64,000 nucleotides of DNA, taken from the NCBI RefSeq assembly GCF_011045215.1, contig NZ_CP049201.1. The stretch is one strand, 5' to 3'. Below the pieces are notes generated by a model. That model ran no database searches. It saw only the letters and a list, made by a program, of their open reading frames with translations, and had not been told where the DNA came from. The first letter of the stretch is position 1; every line of letters starts with the position of its first letter. Source of the stretch: Escherichia coli. Lineage in GTDB: Bacteria; Pseudomonadota; Gammaproteobacteria; Enterobacterales; Enterobacteriaceae. The position numbers and the translations under genes are program-made. Positions 12,035 to 27,816 of the stretch are shown here, one piece after another.

Positions 12035-13420
12035 ATGCTAAAAATCTTCAATACTCTGACACGCCAAAAAGAGGAATTTAAGCCTATTCACGCCGGGGAA
12101 GTCGGCATGTACGTGTGTGGAATCACCGTTTACGATCTCTGTCATATCGGTCACGGGCGTACCTTTGTTGCTTTTGACGTGGTTGCGCGCTATCTGCGTT
12201 TCCTCGGCTATAAGCTGAAGTATGTGCGCAACATTACCGATATCGACGACAAAATCATCAAACGCGCCAATGAAAATGGCGAAAGCTTTGTGGCGCTGGT
12301 GGATCGCATGATCGCCGAAATGCACAAAGATTTTGATGCGTTGAACATTCTGCGCCCGGATATGGAGCCGCGCGCGACGCACCATATCGCAGAAATTATT
12401 GAACTCACTGAACAACTGATCGCCAAAGGTCACGCTTATGTGGCGGACAACGGCGACGTGATGTTCGACGTCCCGACCGATCCGACTTATGGCGTGCTGT
12501 CGCGTCAGGATCTCGACCAGCTGCAGGCAGGCGCGCGCGTTGACGTGGTCGACGACAAACGCAACCCGATGGACTTCGTTCTGTGGAAGATGTCGAAAGA
12601 GGGCGAACCGAGCTGGCCGTCTCCGTGGGGCGCGGGCCGTCCAGGCTGGCACATTGAATGTTCGGCAATGAACTGCAAGCAGCTGGGTAACCACTTTGAT
12701 ATCCACGGCGGCGGTTCAGACCTGATGTTCCCGCACCACGAGAACGAAATCGCGCAGTCCACCTGTGCCCATGATGGTCAGTATGTGAACTACTGGATGC
12801 ACTCCGGGATGGTGATGGTTGATCGCGAGAAGATGTCCAAATCGCTGGGTAACTTCTTCACCGTGCGTGATGTGCTGAAATACTACGACGCGGAAACCGT
12901 GCGTTACTTCCTGATGTCAGGCCACTATCGCAGCCAGCTGAACTACAGCGAAGAGAACCTGAAGCAGGCGCGTGCGGCGCTGGAGCGTCTCTACACTGCG
13001 CTGCGCGGCACAGATAAAATCGTTGCGCCTGCCGGTGGCGAAGCGTTTGAAGCGCGCTTTATTGAAGCGATGGACGACGATTTCAACACCCCGGAAGCCT
13101 ATTCCGTGCTGTTTGATATGGCGCGTGAAGTAAACCGTCTGAAAGCAGAAGATATGGCAGCGGCGAATGCAATGGCATCTCACCTGCGTAAACTTTCCGC
13201 CGTATTGGGCCTGCTGGAGCAAGAACCGGAAGCGTTCCTGCAAAGCGGCGCGCAGGCAGACGACAGCGAAGTGGCTGAGATTGAAGCGTTAATTCAACAG
13301 CGTCTGGATGCCCGTAAAGCGAAAGACTGGGCGGCGGCAGATGCGGCGCGTGACCGTCTTAACGAGATGGGGATCGTGCTGGAAGATGGCCCGCAAGGGA
13401 CCACCTGGCGTCGTAAGTAA
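12035..13420 (+). CDS. cysS: cysteine--tRNA ligase
   Basis: 461 aa with HIGH and KMSKS class I motifs. Confidence 0.95.
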   Translation: MLKIFNTLTRQKEEFKPIHAGEVGMYVCGITVYDLCHIGHGRTFVAFDVVARYLRFLGYKLKYVRNITDIDDKIIKRANENGESFVALVDRMIAEMHKDFDALNILRPDMEPRATHHIAEIIELTEQLIAKGHAYVADNGDVMFDVPTDPTYGVLSRQDLDQLQAGARVDVVDDKRNPMDFVLWKMSKEGEPSWPSPWGAGRPGWHIECSAMNCKQLGNHFDIHGGGSDLMFPHHENEIAQSTCAHDGQYVNYWMHSGMVMVDREKMSKSLGNFFTVRDVLKYYDAETVRYFLMSGHYRSQLNYSEENLKQARAALERLYTALRGTDKIVAPAGGEAFEARFIEAMDDDFNTPEAYSVLFDMAREVNRLKAEDMAAANAMASHLRKLSAVLGLLEQEPEAFLQSGAQADDSEVAEIEALIQQRLDARKAKDWAAADAARDRLNEMGIVLEDGPQGTTWRRK

Positions 13421-13455
13421 TTGCGCTATTGCCGGATGCGAGTTTTCGCATCCGG

Positions 13456-13977
13456 TTATCGTCTGCGCCACCACAACATTCCCATCAGTAGCATCCCCGG
13501 CAACCACACCCACATCAATTCAGAAATAATCACCTGATGCCCGTACGCTGTGGTGTAACGAGACAATGCAAACGGCGCGACTTTAATCACCTGCCAGGGA
13601 GCGAAAAAGCGTTCATCTGACCACGGCCACAGCCAGCCAACACCCTTACCGCCAGTGGTTACCGAATCCAGCAAGCTGTGCGATAGCAACGAGACGGTTA
13701 AAAACAGCCAGCAGCGAATCAGCCCAGCCCTGAACCATCGGCGTCCAATCAGCACACATAACAGCGGGACAACAAACGCAAACACCAGCGAATGGGTAAA
13801 CCCGCGATGACCAAAAACATTGCCGTAAGCAAGGCCAAATTTAAACGACAATACGTCTGCGTCGGGCAGCATCGCCAGGATGATTCCGGCAAATAACAGG
13901 CGCGGAGGGATGACTTTCGAACCCAACCCTAAACCAATGCATAGGGGAACGGCGGCGTGCGTAATAACGGTTGGCAT
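13456..13977 (-). CDS. ybcI: inner membrane protein YbcI (DUF457)
   Basis: 173-aa hydrophobic ORF. Confidence 0.8.
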   Translation of the reverse strand: MPTVITHAAVPLCIGLGLGSKVIPPRLLFAGIILAMLPDADVLSFKFGLAYGNVFGHRGFTHSLVFAFVVPLLCVLIGRRWFRAGLIRCWLFLTVSLLSHSLLDSVTTGGKGVGWLWPWSDERFFAPWQVIKVAPFALSRYTTAYGHQVIISELMWVWLPGMLLMGMLWWRRR

Positions 13978-14084
13978 GATGGTCGCTTCGGCAAAATGTC
14001 GATGCTATCAGCATGGATGAACGGGGCGTAGAGGGCAAAAGTCTGAAAAGAGAACCGGCCTGTTGATACAGGCCGGGAAAGGGA

Positions 14085-14297
14085 TCAGGCAACAACCTGT
14101 ACGCTGTGACCTGCAAAACTCACTGTCTGCCCGGCGACGATTTTGCAGCGTTTGCGCGTTTCAACCGCGCCGTCGACTTTCACCTGGCCTTCGGCAATCG
14201 CGATTTTCGCCTGCGCGCCGCTTTCGCTCCAGCCTTCCAGTTTCAGCAAGTCGCACAGCTCAACGTGCGGATGTTTACCTAAAGAAAATGTCGCCAT
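14085..14297 (-). CDS. ybcJ: S4-like RNA-binding protein
   Basis: start at MATFSLGK..., 70 aa; start overlaps folD stop. Confidence 0.75.
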   Translation of the reverse strand: MATFSLGKHPHVELCDLLKLEGWSESGAQAKIAIAEGQVKVDGAVETRKRCKIVAGQTVSFAGHSVQVVA

Positions 14298-14298
14298 G

Positions 14299-15165
14299 TT
14301 ACTCACCCTGTGGATCATGATATTCAACGCACGCCTGTAGCGTGTTTTCAATCAGCGTGGCAACCGTCATCGGGCCAACGCCGCCCGGAACAGGCGTAAT
14401 GTATGAGGCGCGTTTAGCCGCGTCTTCAAACACGACGTCGCCCACAACTTTGCCATTTTCCAGACGGTTGATGCCGACATCAATCACAATTGCGCCTTCT
14501 TTGATCCAGTCACCAGGAATAAAGCCCGGCTTGCCGACGGCAACGATCAACAGATCGGCATTTTCTACGTGGTGACGCAGATTTTTAGTGAAACGGTGAG
14601 TCACGGTGGTGGTGCAACCTGCGAGCAACAGTTCCATGCTCATCGGGCGGCCAACGATATTCGATGCGCCAATCACCACGGCGTTGAGGCCGAAGGTATC
14701 AATGTTGTAACGCTCAAGCAGCGTGACAATACCGCGCGGGGTGCAGGGACGCAGACGCGGCGCGCGCTGGCACAGACGACCGACGTTATAAGGATGGAAA
14801 CCGTCTACGTCTTTGTCCGGGTGTATACGTTCCAGCACTTTGACGTTATCAATACCCGCCGGTAACGGCAGTTGAACCAGAATGCCATCGATGGTGTTGT
14901 CGGCATTCAGCGCATCGATAAGCTCCAGCAGCTCCGCTTCGCTGGTGGTTTCCGGGAGGTCATAAGAGCGGGAGACGAACCCGACTTCTTCACAAGCCTT
15001 ACGTTTGCTTGCGACATAAATTTGCGATGCAGGGTTACTACCCACCAGCACAACGGCCAGTCCTGGTGCCCGCAGTCCGGCTGCAATACGCGCCTGAACT
15101 TTTTGAGCAACTTCAGAGCGCACCTGCTGCGCAATCGTTTTACCGTCAATAATCTTTGCTGCCAT
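14299..15165 (-). CDS. folD: bifunctional methylene-THF dehydrogenase/cyclohydrolase
   Basis: 288-aa ORF, recognised translation. Confidence 0.95.
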
Positions 15166-15645
15166 CAGAGAGAGGATTCCATCTGTTACGTAGGTCGAAG
15201 GGGATGCGCCTATTTTGTCAGAAGCGGGGCGCGCTGTCAGGTTTCGTTTCAGATTTATCGCGTGAAGCGACCTCTTGCGAAGGTTAGGCGCACCGTCGCT
15301 GAGGTCGCTGAGATTGAAAGCTTCATTTTTCGTCCATGATGGCGTTGTAAATCTGGAACTGATTTATTTCCTTGTCTAAGGATTAAGATAATTTAAGAAA
15401 TACCTGACAATATAAAAAGAATTTTCAGCCTGGTAATTTACCGCTTCAGGTCTATATTTGTGTTGAATATATTTTGCGCGGAAATATTCATCTAACGGGG
15501 CTCTCTATTTTTTAGAATAGAGTGCATATTTTCAATTAAGACATTCTTAGAGGATAAAAAGGAATTTTACTACTATCAGTGTCTTAAATAAAGTAATCGG
15601 TTATATACGGATGTGGAGTCGATAAATGAGATTGAAGGAATATAT

Positions 15646-16188
15646 ATGAAATTAAGATTTATTTCGTCTGCGCTGGCTGCCGCACTATTCGCCGTTACGG
15701 GTAGTTATGCTGCCGTTGTAGATGGCGGTACAATTCACTTTGAAGGCGAACTGGTGAATGCTGCCTGTTCAGTGAATACTGACTCGGCAGACCAGGTTGT
15801 CACACTCGGTCAATATCGTACCGATATTTTCAATGCTGTTGGTAATACCTCTGCATTAATTCCATTCACCATTCAGTTGAACGACTGCGATCCTGTTGTT
15901 GCCGCTAATGCTGCCGTTGCATTTTCTGGTCAGGCGGATGCAATCAATGATAATTTATTGGCCATTGCATCCAGTACCAATACAACAACAGCAACGGGTG
16001 TCGGTATTGAAATACTTGATAATACATCCGCAATTCTCAAACCTGATGGGAATAGCTTCTCAACCAACCAGAACTTGATCCCCGGGACCAACGTTCTTCA
16101 TTTTTCTGCACGTTATAAAGGCACCGGTACAAGTGCATCAGCAGGGCAAGCAAATGCTGACGCGACTTTTATTATGAGATACGAATAA
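15646..16188 (+). CDS. sfmA: type 1-like fimbrial major subunit
   Basis: ATG 15646 after AAGGAA; signal peptide; 180 aa. Confidence 0.85.
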   Translation: MKLRFISSALAAALFAVTGSYAAVVDGGTIHFEGELVNAACSVNTDSADQVVTLGQYRTDIFNAVGNTSALIPFTIQLNDCDPVVAANAAVAFSGQADAINDNLLAIASSTNTTTATGVGIEILDNTSAILKPDGNSFSTNQNLIPGTNVLHFSARYKGTGTSASAGQANADATFIMRYE

Positions 16189-16407
16189 TCAAAACCACGT
16201 TGTTTTGAATTATATATCACGTCTTATAACAAAGTAATGTACCGGTTGTCTGAAGCGGTATGGTGGCAATGTAAATCGAAATCATGTTCACTTTGTATCA
16301 TGCCGCTTTATTAAATGAAAAGGGAATGATGTGTTGTAAGAAACCAAAGCAATCATTTCTTTATATTTCTTATTTTTGCCGTCAGGAATACACAAGGCGT
16401 ATTAACT

Positions 16408-17100
16408 ATGATGACTAAAATAAAGTTATTGATGCTCATTATATTTTATTTAATCATTTCGGCCAGCGTCCATGCTGCCGGAGGGATCGCATTAGGTGCC
16501 ACGCGTATTATTTATCCCGCTGATGCTAAACAGACTGCGGTATGGATTAGAAATAGCCATACCAATGAGCGTTTTCTGGTCAATTCGTGGATTGAAAACA
16601 GCAGCGGTGTAAAAGAAAAGTCATTCATCATTACACCGCCACTATTTGTTAGTGAACCCAAAAGCGAAAATACTTTGCGTATTATTTACACCGGTCCACC
16701 GCTGGCAGCAGATCGTGAGTCTCTGTTCTGGATGAATGTTAAGACGATTCCTTCGGTAGATAAAAATGCATTGAACGGCAGGAATGTTTTGCAACTGGCG
16801 ATTTTATCGCGCATGAAGTTATTTCTCCGTCCAATTCAACTACAAGAATTACCCGCAGAAGCGCCGGACACACTCAAGTTTTCGCGATCCGGTAACTATA
16901 TCAATGTTCATAATCCATCACCTTTTTATGTCACCCTGGTTAACTTACAAGTGGGCAGCCAAAAGTTGGGGAATGCTATGGCTGCACCCAGAGTTAATTC
17001 ACAAATACCCTTACCCTCAGGAGTGCAGGGAAAGCTGAAATTTCAGACCGTTAATGATTATGGTTCAGTAACCCCGGTCAGAGAAGTGAACTTAAACTAA
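16408..17100 (+). CDS. sfmC: periplasmic fimbrial chaperone
   Basis: 230 aa, PapD-like. Confidence 0.85.
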   Translation: MMTKIKLLMLIIFYLIISASVHAAGGIALGATRIIYPADAKQTAVWIRNSHTNERFLVNSWIENSSGVKEKSFIITPPLFVSEPKSENTLRIIYTGPPLAADRESLFWMNVKTIPSVDKNALNGRNVLQLAILSRMKLFLRPIQLQELPAEAPDTLKFSRSGNYINVHNPSPFYVTLVNLQVGSQKLGNAMAAPRVNSQIPLPSGVQGKLKFQTVNDYGSVTPVREVNLN

Positions 17101-17130
17101 CCGAATCATCTGACAATATCAGAGCTAATT

Positions 17131-19692
17131 ATGAAAATACCCACTACTACGGATATTCCGCAGAGGTATACCTGGTGTCTGGCCGGAATTTGTTATTCAT
17201 CTCTTGCCATTTTACCCTCCTTTTTAAGCTATGCGGAAAGTTATTTCAACCCGGCATTTTTATTAGAGAATGGCACATCCGTTGCTGATTTATCGCGCTT
17301 TGAGAGAGGTAATCATCAACCTGCGGGCGTGTATCGGGTGGATCTCTGGCGTAATGATGAGTTCATTGGTTCACAGGATATCGTATTTGAATCGACAACA
17401 GAAAATACAGGTGATAAATCAGGTGGGTTAATGCCCTGTTTTAACCAGGTACTCCTTGAACGAATTGGCCTTAATAGCAGTGCATTTCCCGAGTTAGCCC
17501 AGCAGCAAAACAATAAATGCATCAATTTACTGAAAGCTGTACCTGATGCCACAATTAACTTTGATTTTGCAGCGATGCGCCTGAACATCACTATTCCACA
17601 GATAGCGTTGCTGAGTAGCGCTCACGGTTACATTCCGCCTGAAGAGTGGGATGAAGGTATTCCTGCTTTACTCCTGAATTATAATTTCACCGGTAACAGA
17701 GGTAATGGTAACGATAGCTATTTTTTTAGTGAGCTCAGCGGGATTAATATTGGCCCGTGGCGTTTACGCAACAATGGTTCCTGGAACTATTTTCGCGGAA
17801 ATGGATATCATTCAGAACAGTGGAATAATATTGGCACCTGGGTACAGCGCGCCATTATTCCGCTGAAAAGTGAACTGGTAATGGGAGACGGCAATACAGG
17901 AAGTGATATTTTCGATGGTGTTGGATTTCGTGGTGTACGGCTTTATTCTTCCGATAATATGTATCCTGATAGCCAGCAAGGGTTTGCCCCAACGGTACGT
18001 GGGATTGCCCGTACGGCGGCCCAGCTAACGATTCGGCAAAATGGTTTTATTATCTATCAAAGCTATGTTTCCCCCGGCGCTTTTGAAATTACAGATTTGC
18101 ACCCGACATCTTCAAATGGCGATCTGGACGTCACCATCGACGAACGCGATGGCAATCAGCAGAATTACACTATTCCGTATTCAACAGTGCCAATTTTACA
18201 ACGCGAAGGGAGTTTCAAATTTGACCTGACGGCGGGCGATTTTCGTAGCGGTAATAGTCAGCAATCATCGCCTTTCTTTTTTCAGGGCACGGCACTCGGC
18301 GGTTTACCACAGGAATTTACTGCCTACGGCGGGACGCAATTATCTGCCAATTACACCGCCTTTTTATTAGGGCTGGGGCGCAACCTCGGGAACTGGGGCG
18401 CAGTGTCGCTGGATGTGACCCATGCGCGCAGTCAGTTAGCCGACGACAGTCGTCATGAGGGGGATTCCATTCGCTTCCTCTATGCGAAATCGATGAACAC
18501 CTTCGGCACCAATTTTCAGTTAATGGGTTACCGCTATTCGACACAAGGTTTTTATACCCTTGATGATGTTGCGTATCGTCGAATGGAGGGGTACGAATAT
18601 GATTACGATTATGACGGTGAGCATCGGGATGAACCGATAATCGTGAATTACCACAATTTACGCTTTAGCCGTAAAGACCGTTTGCAGTTAAATATTTCAC
18701 AATCACTTAATGACTTTGGCTCGCTTTATATCTCTGGTACCCATCAAAAATACTGGAATACTTCGGATTCAGATACCTGGTATCAGGTGGGGTATACCAG
18801 CAGCTGGGTTGGCATCAGTTATTCACTCTCATTTTCGTGGAATGAATCTGTAGGGATCCCCGATAACGAACGTATTGTCGGACTTAATGTTTCAGTGCCT
18901 TTCAATGTTCTGACCAAACGTCGCTACACCCGGGAAAATGCGCTCGACCGCGCTTATGCCTCCTTTAACGCCAACCGTAACAGCAACGGGCAAAATAGCT
19001 GGCTGGCAGGTGTAGGTGGGACCTTACTGGAAGGCCACAACCTGAGTTATCACGTAAGCCAGGGTGATACCTCGAATAATGGGTATACGGGCAGCGCCAC
19101 GGCAAACTGGCAGGCCGCTTACGGTACGCTGGGGGTCGGGTATAACTACGACCGCGATCAACATGACGTTAACTGGCAGCTGTCTGGCGGTGTGGTCGGA
19201 CATGAAAATGGCATAACGCTGAGCCAGCCTTTAGGGGATACCAATGTCTTGATTAAAGCGCCTGGCGCAGGCGGTGTACGCATTGAAAATCAAACTGGCA
19301 TTTTAACCGACTGGCGCGGCTATGCGGTGATGCCGTATGCCACGGTTTATCGGTATAACCGTATCGCGCTTGATACCAATACGATGGGGAATTCCATCGA
19401 TGTTGAAAAAAATATTAGCAGCGTTGTGCCGACGCAAGGCGCGTTGGTTCGTGCCAATTTTGATACCCGCATAGGCGTGCGGGCGCTCATTACCGTTACC
19501 CAGGGCGGAAAACCGGTGCCGTTTGGATCACTGGTACGGGAAAACAGTACCGGAATAACCAGTATGGTGGGTGATGACGGGCAAGTTTATTTAAGTGGTG
19601 CGCCATTGTCTGGTGAATTACTGGTTCAGTGGGGAGACGGCGCGAACTCACGCTGCATTGCGCACTATGTATTGCCGAAGCAAAGCTTATAG
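17131..19692 (+). CDS. sfmD: fimbrial outer-membrane usher
   Basis: 853-aa ORF in usher position. Confidence 0.85.
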   Translation: MKIPTTTDIPQRYTWCLAGICYSSLAILPSFLSYAESYFNPAFLLENGTSVADLSRFERGNHQPAGVYRVDLWRNDEFIGSQDIVFESTTENTGDKSGGLMPCFNQVLLERIGLNSSAFPELAQQQNNKCINLLKAVPDATINFDFAAMRLNITIPQIALLSSAHGYIPPEEWDEGIPALLLNYNFTGNRGNGNDSYFFSELSGINIGPWRLRNNGSWNYFRGNGYHSEQWNNIGTWVQRAIIPLKSELVMGDGNTGSDIFDGVGFRGVRLYSSDNMYPDSQQGFAPTVRGIARTAAQLTIRQNGFIIYQSYVSPGAFEITDLHPTSSNGDLDVTIDERDGNQQNYTIPYSTVPILQREGSFKFDLTAGDFRSGNSQQSSPFFFQGTALGGLPQEFTAYGGTQLSANYTAFLLGLGRNLGNWGAVSLDVTHARSQLADDSRHEGDSIRFLYAKSMNTFGTNFQLMGYRYSTQGFYTLDDVAYRRMEGYEYDYDYDGEHRDEPIIVNYHNLRFSRKDRLQLNISQSLNDFGSLYISGTHQKYWNTSDSDTWYQVGYTSSWVGISYSLSFSWNESVGIPDNERIVGLNVSVPFNVLTKRRYTRENALDRAYASFNANRNSNGQNSWLAGVGGTLLEGHNLSYHVSQGDTSNNGYTGSATANWQAAYGTLGVGYNYDRDQHDVNWQLSGGVVGHENGITLSQPLGDTNVLIKAPGAGGVRIENQTGILTDWRGYAVMPYATVYRYNRIALDTNTMGNSIDVEKNISSVVPTQGALVRANFDTRIGVRALITVTQGGKPVPFGSLVRENSTGITSMVGDDGQVYLSGAPLSGELLVQWGDGANSRCIAHYVLPKQSL

Positions 19693-19752
19693 CAAGCCGT
19701 CACTGTTATTTCGGCAGTTTGCACACATCCTGGCTCATAAAGGAAATTATCA

Positions 19753-20760
19753 ATGAAGATAATCTGCAGATTATTATTGGCGATGGCATGTTTGTGTCTG
19801 GCAAACATATCCTGGGCTACTGTTTGTGCAAATAGTACTGGCGTAGCAGAAGATGAACACTATGATCTCTCAAATGTCTTTAATAGCACCAATAACCAGC
19901 CAGGGCAGATTGTTGTTTTACCGGAAAAATCCGGCTGGGTAGGTGTCTCAGCAATTTGTCCACCCGGCACGCTGGTGAATTATACATACCGTAGTTATGT
20001 CACTAACTTTATTGTTCAGGAAACTATCGATAATTATAAATATATGCAATTAAATGATTATCTATTAGGTGCGATGAGTCTGGTTGATAGTGTGATGGAT
20101 ATTCAATTTCCCCCGCAAAATTATATTCGTATGGGAACAGATCCTAACGTTTCGCAAAACCTTCCGTTCGGGGTGATGGATTCTCGTTTGATATTTCGTT
20201 TAAAGGTTATTCGGCCCTTTATTAACATGGTGGAGATCCCCAGACAGGTGATGTTTACCGTGTATGTGACATCAACGCCTTACGATCCGTTGGTTACACC
20301 TGTTTATACCATTAGTTTTGGTGGCCGGGTTGAAGTACCGCAAAACTGCGAATTAAATGCCGGGCAGATTGTTGAATTTGATTTTGGTGATATCGGCGCA
20401 TCGTTATTTAGTGCGGCAGGGCCGGGTAATCGACCTGCTGGTGTCATGCCGCAAACCAAGAGCATTGCGGTCAAATGTACGAATGTTGCTGCGCAGGCTT
20501 ATTTAACAATGCGTCTGGAAGCCAGTGCCGTTTCTGGTCAGGCGATGGTGTCGGACAATCAGGATTTAGGTTTTATTGTCGCCGATCAGAACGATACGCC
20601 GATCACGCCTAACGATCTCAATAGCGTTATTCCTTTCCGTCTGGATGCAGCTGCGGCAGCCAATGTCACACTTCGCGCCTGGCCTATCAGTATTACCGGT
20701 CAAAAACCGACCGAAGGGCCGTTTAGCGCGCTGGGGTATTTACGCGTCGATTATCAATGA
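19753..20760 (+). CDS. sfmH: fimbrial adhesin-like subunit
   Basis: 335 aa with signal peptide. Confidence 0.8.
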   Translation: MKIICRLLLAMACLCLANISWATVCANSTGVAEDEHYDLSNVFNSTNNQPGQIVVLPEKSGWVGVSAICPPGTLVNYTYRSYVTNFIVQETIDNYKYMQLNDYLLGAMSLVDSVMDIQFPPQNYIRMGTDPNVSQNLPFGVMDSRLIFRLKVIRPFINMVEIPRQVMFTVYVTSTPYDPLVTPVYTISFGGRVEVPQNCELNAGQIVEFDFGDIGASLFSAAGPGNRPAGVMPQTKSIAVKCTNVAAQAYLTMRLEASAVSGQAMVSDNQDLGFIVADQNDTPITPNDLNSVIPFRLDAAAAANVTLRAWPISITGQKPTEGPFSALGYLRVDYQ

Positions 20761-20770
20761 GGTACGGAGA

Positions 20771-21286
20771 ATGAGAAGAGTACTCTTTAGCTGTTTCTGC
20801 GGGTTACTGTGGAGTTCCAGTGGATGGGCAGCTGACCCTTTAGGAACGATTAATATCAATTTGCACGGTAACGTGGTTGATTTTTCTTGTACCGTAAACA
20901 CAGCGGATAATGATAAGACGGTAGATTTAGGCAGATGGCCTACGACACAACTACTGACCGCTGGCGATACCACGGCACTCGTCCCTTTTAGCCTGCGGCT
21001 GGAGGGATGTCCTCCGGGTTCAGTTGCGATTTTATTTACGGGAACGCCGGCATCTGATGCCAACCTGCTGGCTCTGGATGATCCCGCAATGGCACAAACC
21101 GTCGCCATCGAATTACGTAATAGCGATCGCTCCCGGCTCGCACTGGGGGAGGCGAGCCCGACTGAGGAAGTAGATGCAAATGGCAATGTCACACTAAACT
21201 TTTTTGCCAATTATCGAGCGTTAGCCAGCGGTGTTCGGCCAGGTGTGGCGAAAGCGGATGCGATATTTATGATCAATTATAATTAA
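20771..21286 (+). CDS. sfmF: fimbrial minor subunit
   Basis: start at ATG 20771 (MRRVLF...), 171 aa. Confidence 0.8.
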   Translation: MRRVLFSCFCGLLWSSSGWAADPLGTININLHGNVVDFSCTVNTADNDKTVDLGRWPTTQLLTAGDTTALVPFSLRLEGCPPGSVAILFTGTPASDANLLALDDPAMAQTVAIELRNSDRSRLALGEASPTEEVDANGNVTLNFFANYRALASGVRPGVAKADAIFMINYN

Positions 21287-21288
21287 TA

Positions 21289-21921
21289 TTATATTAATTC
21301 GTATAATTTGGCGTAGTCGATAAGCTCTACAATTGAATGCAAACCTAGCTTGCCATAAATATTAGATTTATGCGCACTAACTGTTTTATTGCTAAGTAAT
21401 AACTTATCGGCAATTTCTTTATTAGATAATCCGCTAACCAGATAACGTAATATGGTCACTTCACGATTAGATAGCACAGTGACCGTTGAACTATTCGTAC
21501 TACATTTATTGCTTTTTATATAGTTAAGCGTTTCGCTGGGAAAAAAAGTGTATCCGGAGAGGATCATCTGAACGGCATGAAAAATATCATTCTGATCATT
21601 GCATTTACTGACAAAACCGTTAGCACCAGCTTGTATCGCTCTGCCAGCATAAAAGCATTCTGATTTTGATGATAAAAATAATACTTTCACTGTGCTCTGG
21701 ATTTGTTTGATCCTTTTCAGGAAGGTAAAACCGTCTGTTCCGGGCAAGTCTATATCCATAATGATTAAATCAACAGGACGGGTTCGGAGATAATCGATGG
21801 TTATGCGGTAATCATCCGTTTTCAGGACAATCTGCAATTCACTGTTTTTTTGCAACAGAACTTCAATAGACATTCTGATGATAGGATGAGTATCCATAAT
21901 GATCACCGACGTTGGTTTCAT
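21289..21921 (-). CDS. fimZ: LuxR-family response regulator of fimbrial expression
   Basis: start at MKPTSVIIMDTHP..., 210 aa; receiver plus LuxR HTH. Confidence 0.85.
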   Translation of the reverse strand: MKPTSVIIMDTHPIIRMSIEVLLQKNSELQIVLKTDDYRITIDYLRTRPVDLIIMDIDLPGTDGFTFLKRIKQIQSTVKVLFLSSKSECFYAGRAIQAGANGFVSKCNDQNDIFHAVQMILSGYTFFPSETLNYIKSNKCSTNSSTVTVLSNREVTILRYLVSGLSNKEIADKLLLSNKTVSAHKSNIYGKLGLHSIVELIDYAKLYELI

Positions 21922-22163
21922 AGTTACCAGTCTCATAGGAGCGGACAATTTTCCGTTAGGGCGGTAAATTGTACTTTGATACATGAAAATACGGGTTTTC
22001 TTGATTCAGACGCGCAGCGGTGTGCGTTTGTTTGCCGCTATAGCGAAATAAATCAGAAAATCAGACGCGGTCGTTCACTTGTTCAGCAACCAGATCAAAA
22101 GCCATTGACTCAGCAAGGGTTGACCGTATAATTCACGCGATTACACCGCATTGCGGTATCAAC

Positions 22164-22240
22164 GCGCCCTTAGCTCAGTTGGATAGAGCAACGACCTTCT
22201 AAGTCGTGGGCCGCAGGTTCGAATCCTGCAGGGCGCGCCA
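22164..22240 (+). tRNA. argU: tRNA-Arg (anticodon UCU)
   Basis: 77-nt cloverleaf GCGCCCTTAGCTCAGTTGGATAGAGCAACGACCTTCTAAGTCGTGGGCCGCAGGTTCGAATCCTGCAGGGCGCGCCA; anticodon loop CCTTCTAAG. Confidence 0.95.
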
Positions 22241-22242
22241 TT
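22196..22242. repeat. attL core: 47-bp direct repeat (3' half of argU)
   Basis: identical to 43685-43731. Confidence 0.85.
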
Positions 22243-22255
22243 ACAATTCAATCAG

Positions 22256-23419
22256 TTACGCCTTCTTTATATCCTCCATAATTCCACAGTGGGACATATT
22301 TGGGACATTATCACCAAAAATGTCGTCTATTTTCCTTGCATGCTCTGTCAAATGATTAGGCGCAAGGTGAGCATACCTACGAACCATTTCTATGGACTCC
22401 CATCCGCCCATTTCCTGAAGCACAGATAATGGGACGCCTGACTGGATCAGCCAGCTTGCCCAGGTGTGTCTGAGGTCATGGAAACGGAAATCTTCAATTC
22501 CTGCACGACGACAAGCTGATAGCCATGATGTCTTGCTGTCGATGCGCATCTTCCTGACCGCAGGCGTTGATGTTCCATCTGCTCGCTTAGCCGCCTTGGT
22601 ATGTACAAACACCCATTTGTGATGCTTGCCTATTTGATCACGCAACACTTTACAGGCGGTATCGTTCAGCGCCACACCAATGGCGCGGTTTGATTTGCTC
22701 TCTTCTGGATTCACCCAGGCAACTCGTCGCTGCATGTCGATTTGTTGCCATTCCAGATTTATGATGTTCGACTTTCTCAGACCAGTTGCCAGCGCAAACT
22801 TGACGACAGATTTCAGTGGTTCGGGGCACTCATCAATAAGGCGTTTTGCTTCCTCCTTTTCCAGCCATCTGACTCGCTTGTTTCTGACCGCTGGTATCTT
22901 GATGACAGGCGCTTTTTCCAGCCACTTCCAGTCGCGTTCTGCAGCACGGAGAATGGCCTTTATCATGGCAAGATGCTTTGCCTTTGTCTGAGTTGATACT
23001 GGCTTTGGTTCATAAACAGGCGGTTCTTTACCTTTCCTGATGGCGGCCTGAACTTTCTGTTTCCATATTTCTTTCGTCTTTCTGTTATGCATTCTGCTTA
23101 CAGCAGAGTAAATCTTTGCCTCCGAGATATCTTTAAGCCTTATACCCTCAAAATGTTCAAGCCAGAACTCAATCCGGCTTTTATCTGAATCGAGAGATTT
23201 TTTATCAGCTTTTTCCTCAAGCCATCTTAGGCAGGCCTCTTCAAAAGTGACATCAGGTAAATCCCCTAGCTTTTCTACTCGCCAGAGTTCTGCTTTTCGC
23301 TTGTCGTGCAACTCCTGAGCTTGCCGCTTGTCCTTTGTGCCAAGAGATTCCTTAATTCGTTTCCCGCCCGGGAGCGAATACGAGGCATACCATATTTCAT
23401 TTCTGCGGAAGAGTGACAT
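22256..23419 (-). CDS. intD: prophage tyrosine integrase
   Basis: 387 aa; C-terminal R..HxxR..Y catalytic region (HDLRHTWAS ... RRYAHL); adjacent to argU. Confidence 0.9.
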   Translation of the reverse strand: MSLFRRNEIWYASYSLPGGKRIKESLGTKDKRQAQELHDKRKAELWRVEKLGDLPDVTFEEACLRWLEEKADKKSLDSDKSRIEFWLEHFEGIRLKDISEAKIYSAVSRMHNRKTKEIWKQKVQAAIRKGKEPPVYEPKPVSTQTKAKHLAMIKAILRAAERDWKWLEKAPVIKIPAVRNKRVRWLEKEEAKRLIDECPEPLKSVVKFALATGLRKSNIINLEWQQIDMQRRVAWVNPEESKSNRAIGVALNDTACKVLRDQIGKHHKWVFVHTKAAKRADGTSTPAVRKMRIDSKTSWLSACRRAGIEDFRFHDLRHTWASWLIQSGVPLSVLQEMGGWESIEMVRRYAHLAPNHLTEHARKIDDIFGDNVPNMSHCGIMEDIKKA

Positions 23420-23645
23420 TTTCTTTCCTCTGTTATGCCATCACCCGCGCTCACCTGGACAGTATGCAGCGGAGACTGAAGCGCCGCAATGCAAGCTTGC
23501 CGTGTTGTGAGGTAAGGAGATTTTGGCTTGGTTGGATCTTTACGTGTTGCCTGTAGGCGGCCTGTTCGTATCCAGTTGGTGGCGGTTGGTCTGGATATAT
23601 TAAGAAACTGACAGGCCTCATCGAGTGTGAGGCTGTATGGCTCCA

Positions 23646-23646
<1 letters not shown>
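23275..23646 (-). CDS. excisionase/AlpA-like HTH protein (start chosen at [10 protein letters not shown]...)
   Basis: HTH motif [26 protein letters not shown]; directly upstream of and overlapping int; 3' extent uncertain. Confidence 0.5.
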
Positions 23647-26262
<2,616 letters not shown>

Positions 26263-26272
<10 letters not shown>

Positions 26273-26811
26273 TTGCGTAACTCCGATAAATCGTTAAAAC
26301 GTTCCATAAACATCCCGTAGGCATGACCCGGTGCCAGTGGAATCACGTTGAACATCTCTGTTGCCGGGATGCCTTCCAGTACAGGCCAGAAAGAGCCATC
26401 ATCAAGCCCGAGATCGCGGCGTTCGGTTGCCAGCATGATGAGATCGGCATATTTCACGGGTGTACTCATAACTGGGGGTAACCCGTATTTCTCACGGATT
26501 ACGGCGTCTATTTTTTCTTCCATCCGTTTATAGTCAGGAAGAAGGCGTTTCAGTGGTGCGGGAATGTCCTGGCAATACGCTTCTGTTGCATCATGCATTA
26601 ACGCTTCAAAAGCAAATTCCTGCGGCACCAGCTGGCTGCAAAGAACCGCATGTTGGGCGACGCTGTAGAAGTGCGAAAGATGACCGGCAAAGCGACAGAT
26701 ATTTGAAAGGGAAACCGCGATATCGTTAATATCGATGTCGTCTTTATTTATCTTGTCATAATAAAAATGCTTCCCGGAAAAAGTTTTAATAAATGACATT
26801 TTGTTCTCCAC
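26263..26811 (-). CDS. HD-domain phosphohydrolase, YfdR/YfbR-like
   Basis: 182 aa; H..HD metal-binding pattern (HAVLCSQ, HDATEAY). Confidence 0.7.
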
Positions 26812-26926
26812 GTATATGCACTACACCGCGCTGAATTCTGGTAAAAGGAAGCCCTCACCATCCGGTGATTATTGAGTTAATTACGTTTCCATAAATGCCC
26901 CCGCAGGGGCATTTGCAGTAATGAAA

Positions 26927-27751
26927 TCAGGCGGTGAAAGTACCAATAAAGGTTTCTACTTTGCTGTCTTTGAATTTCTCAACAAGCAGATCACGAAATT
27001 CGTTAGCCATTTCTTCCTGCACCGCTTCCAGCTGAATAATGCGCAGAACCAGTACAGGACGATCGCCAGTGATAATGCTGAGGCGTAATTTAAACGGACG
27101 TTCTTTCAGACCTTCAAACGGAACGCATTTAAATTCAAATGCCACTGGCATAATGTCTTTGGTCTTCGCTTCGACAGACTCCATCAGGGAGCGTTTGCCG
27201 CTGAAGTCATTATCTTCAAAATCAGCGGTCTGGTTTGCTTCAATCGTGATTTTACGGACTGCCGCAGCCGCTTTTGTTGCTTGAATGGCGTCACCATTAG
27301 CATCAAAGCCCACAAGGTAGTCGGCCCAGTCTTCGATCCATTCTGCCAGTGACTTCTGGGAGTTACGCTCGCCGTTAACAGACAACAGAGTAGAGAACGG
27401 TGCTGTCTTTTTCAGTTTGAGAGTGGCAGTGTTATCTGCGTGACCTGGCTCATCAATAGTACCCAGGTTAAGCACACTGACGGCACGCATATTATCGGCA
27501 TCGATAAAGCAGCGGGTGCCTTCATCTGCAAGATCTTTAGAATAACGGGTAAAATCATCGATGCTGGCAGTGGAAAGTGCACCACGGAAACGGAAGCGAT
27601 TTAAATTAAATTTTTCCAGATCATGAATGCGGAAATTCTCAGGCAATGCCACAGCATCGGCACCAATCTTACTGATAATTTCATTAACACCCTGAGCAGA
27701 AATAAGGGCATGGATTTGATTAATTGCGGTTGCGTCTAAGTTCTGAGACAT
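26927..27751 (-). CDS. phage protein of unknown function, YfdQ-like (DUF2303-type)
   Basis: 274-aa ORF; assignment from remembered similarity to CPS-53 yfdQ. Confidence 0.6.
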   Translation of the reverse strand: MSQNLDATAINQIHALISAQGVNEIISKIGADAVALPENFRIHDLEKFNLNRFRFRGALSTASIDDFTRYSKDLADEGTRCFIDADNMRAVSVLNLGTIDEPGHADNTATLKLKKTAPFSTLLSVNGERNSQKSLAEWIEDWADYLVGFDANGDAIQATKAAAAVRKITIEANQTADFEDNDFSGKRSLMESVEAKTKDIMPVAFEFKCVPFEGLKERPFKLRLSIITGDRPVLVLRIIQLEAVQEEMANEFRDLLVEKFKDSKVETFIGTFTA

Positions 27752-27816
27752 AATAAGTCCTCACTATATAAAGATATTCAGTGATGAGATAAATAATCAG
27801 TTTATTACGAACGATA

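Noticed and set aside
15166-15645. Mobile element or invertible switch upstream of sfmA
   Set aside because: AT-rich promoter-like DNA only; no terminal inverted repeats or recombinase gene.
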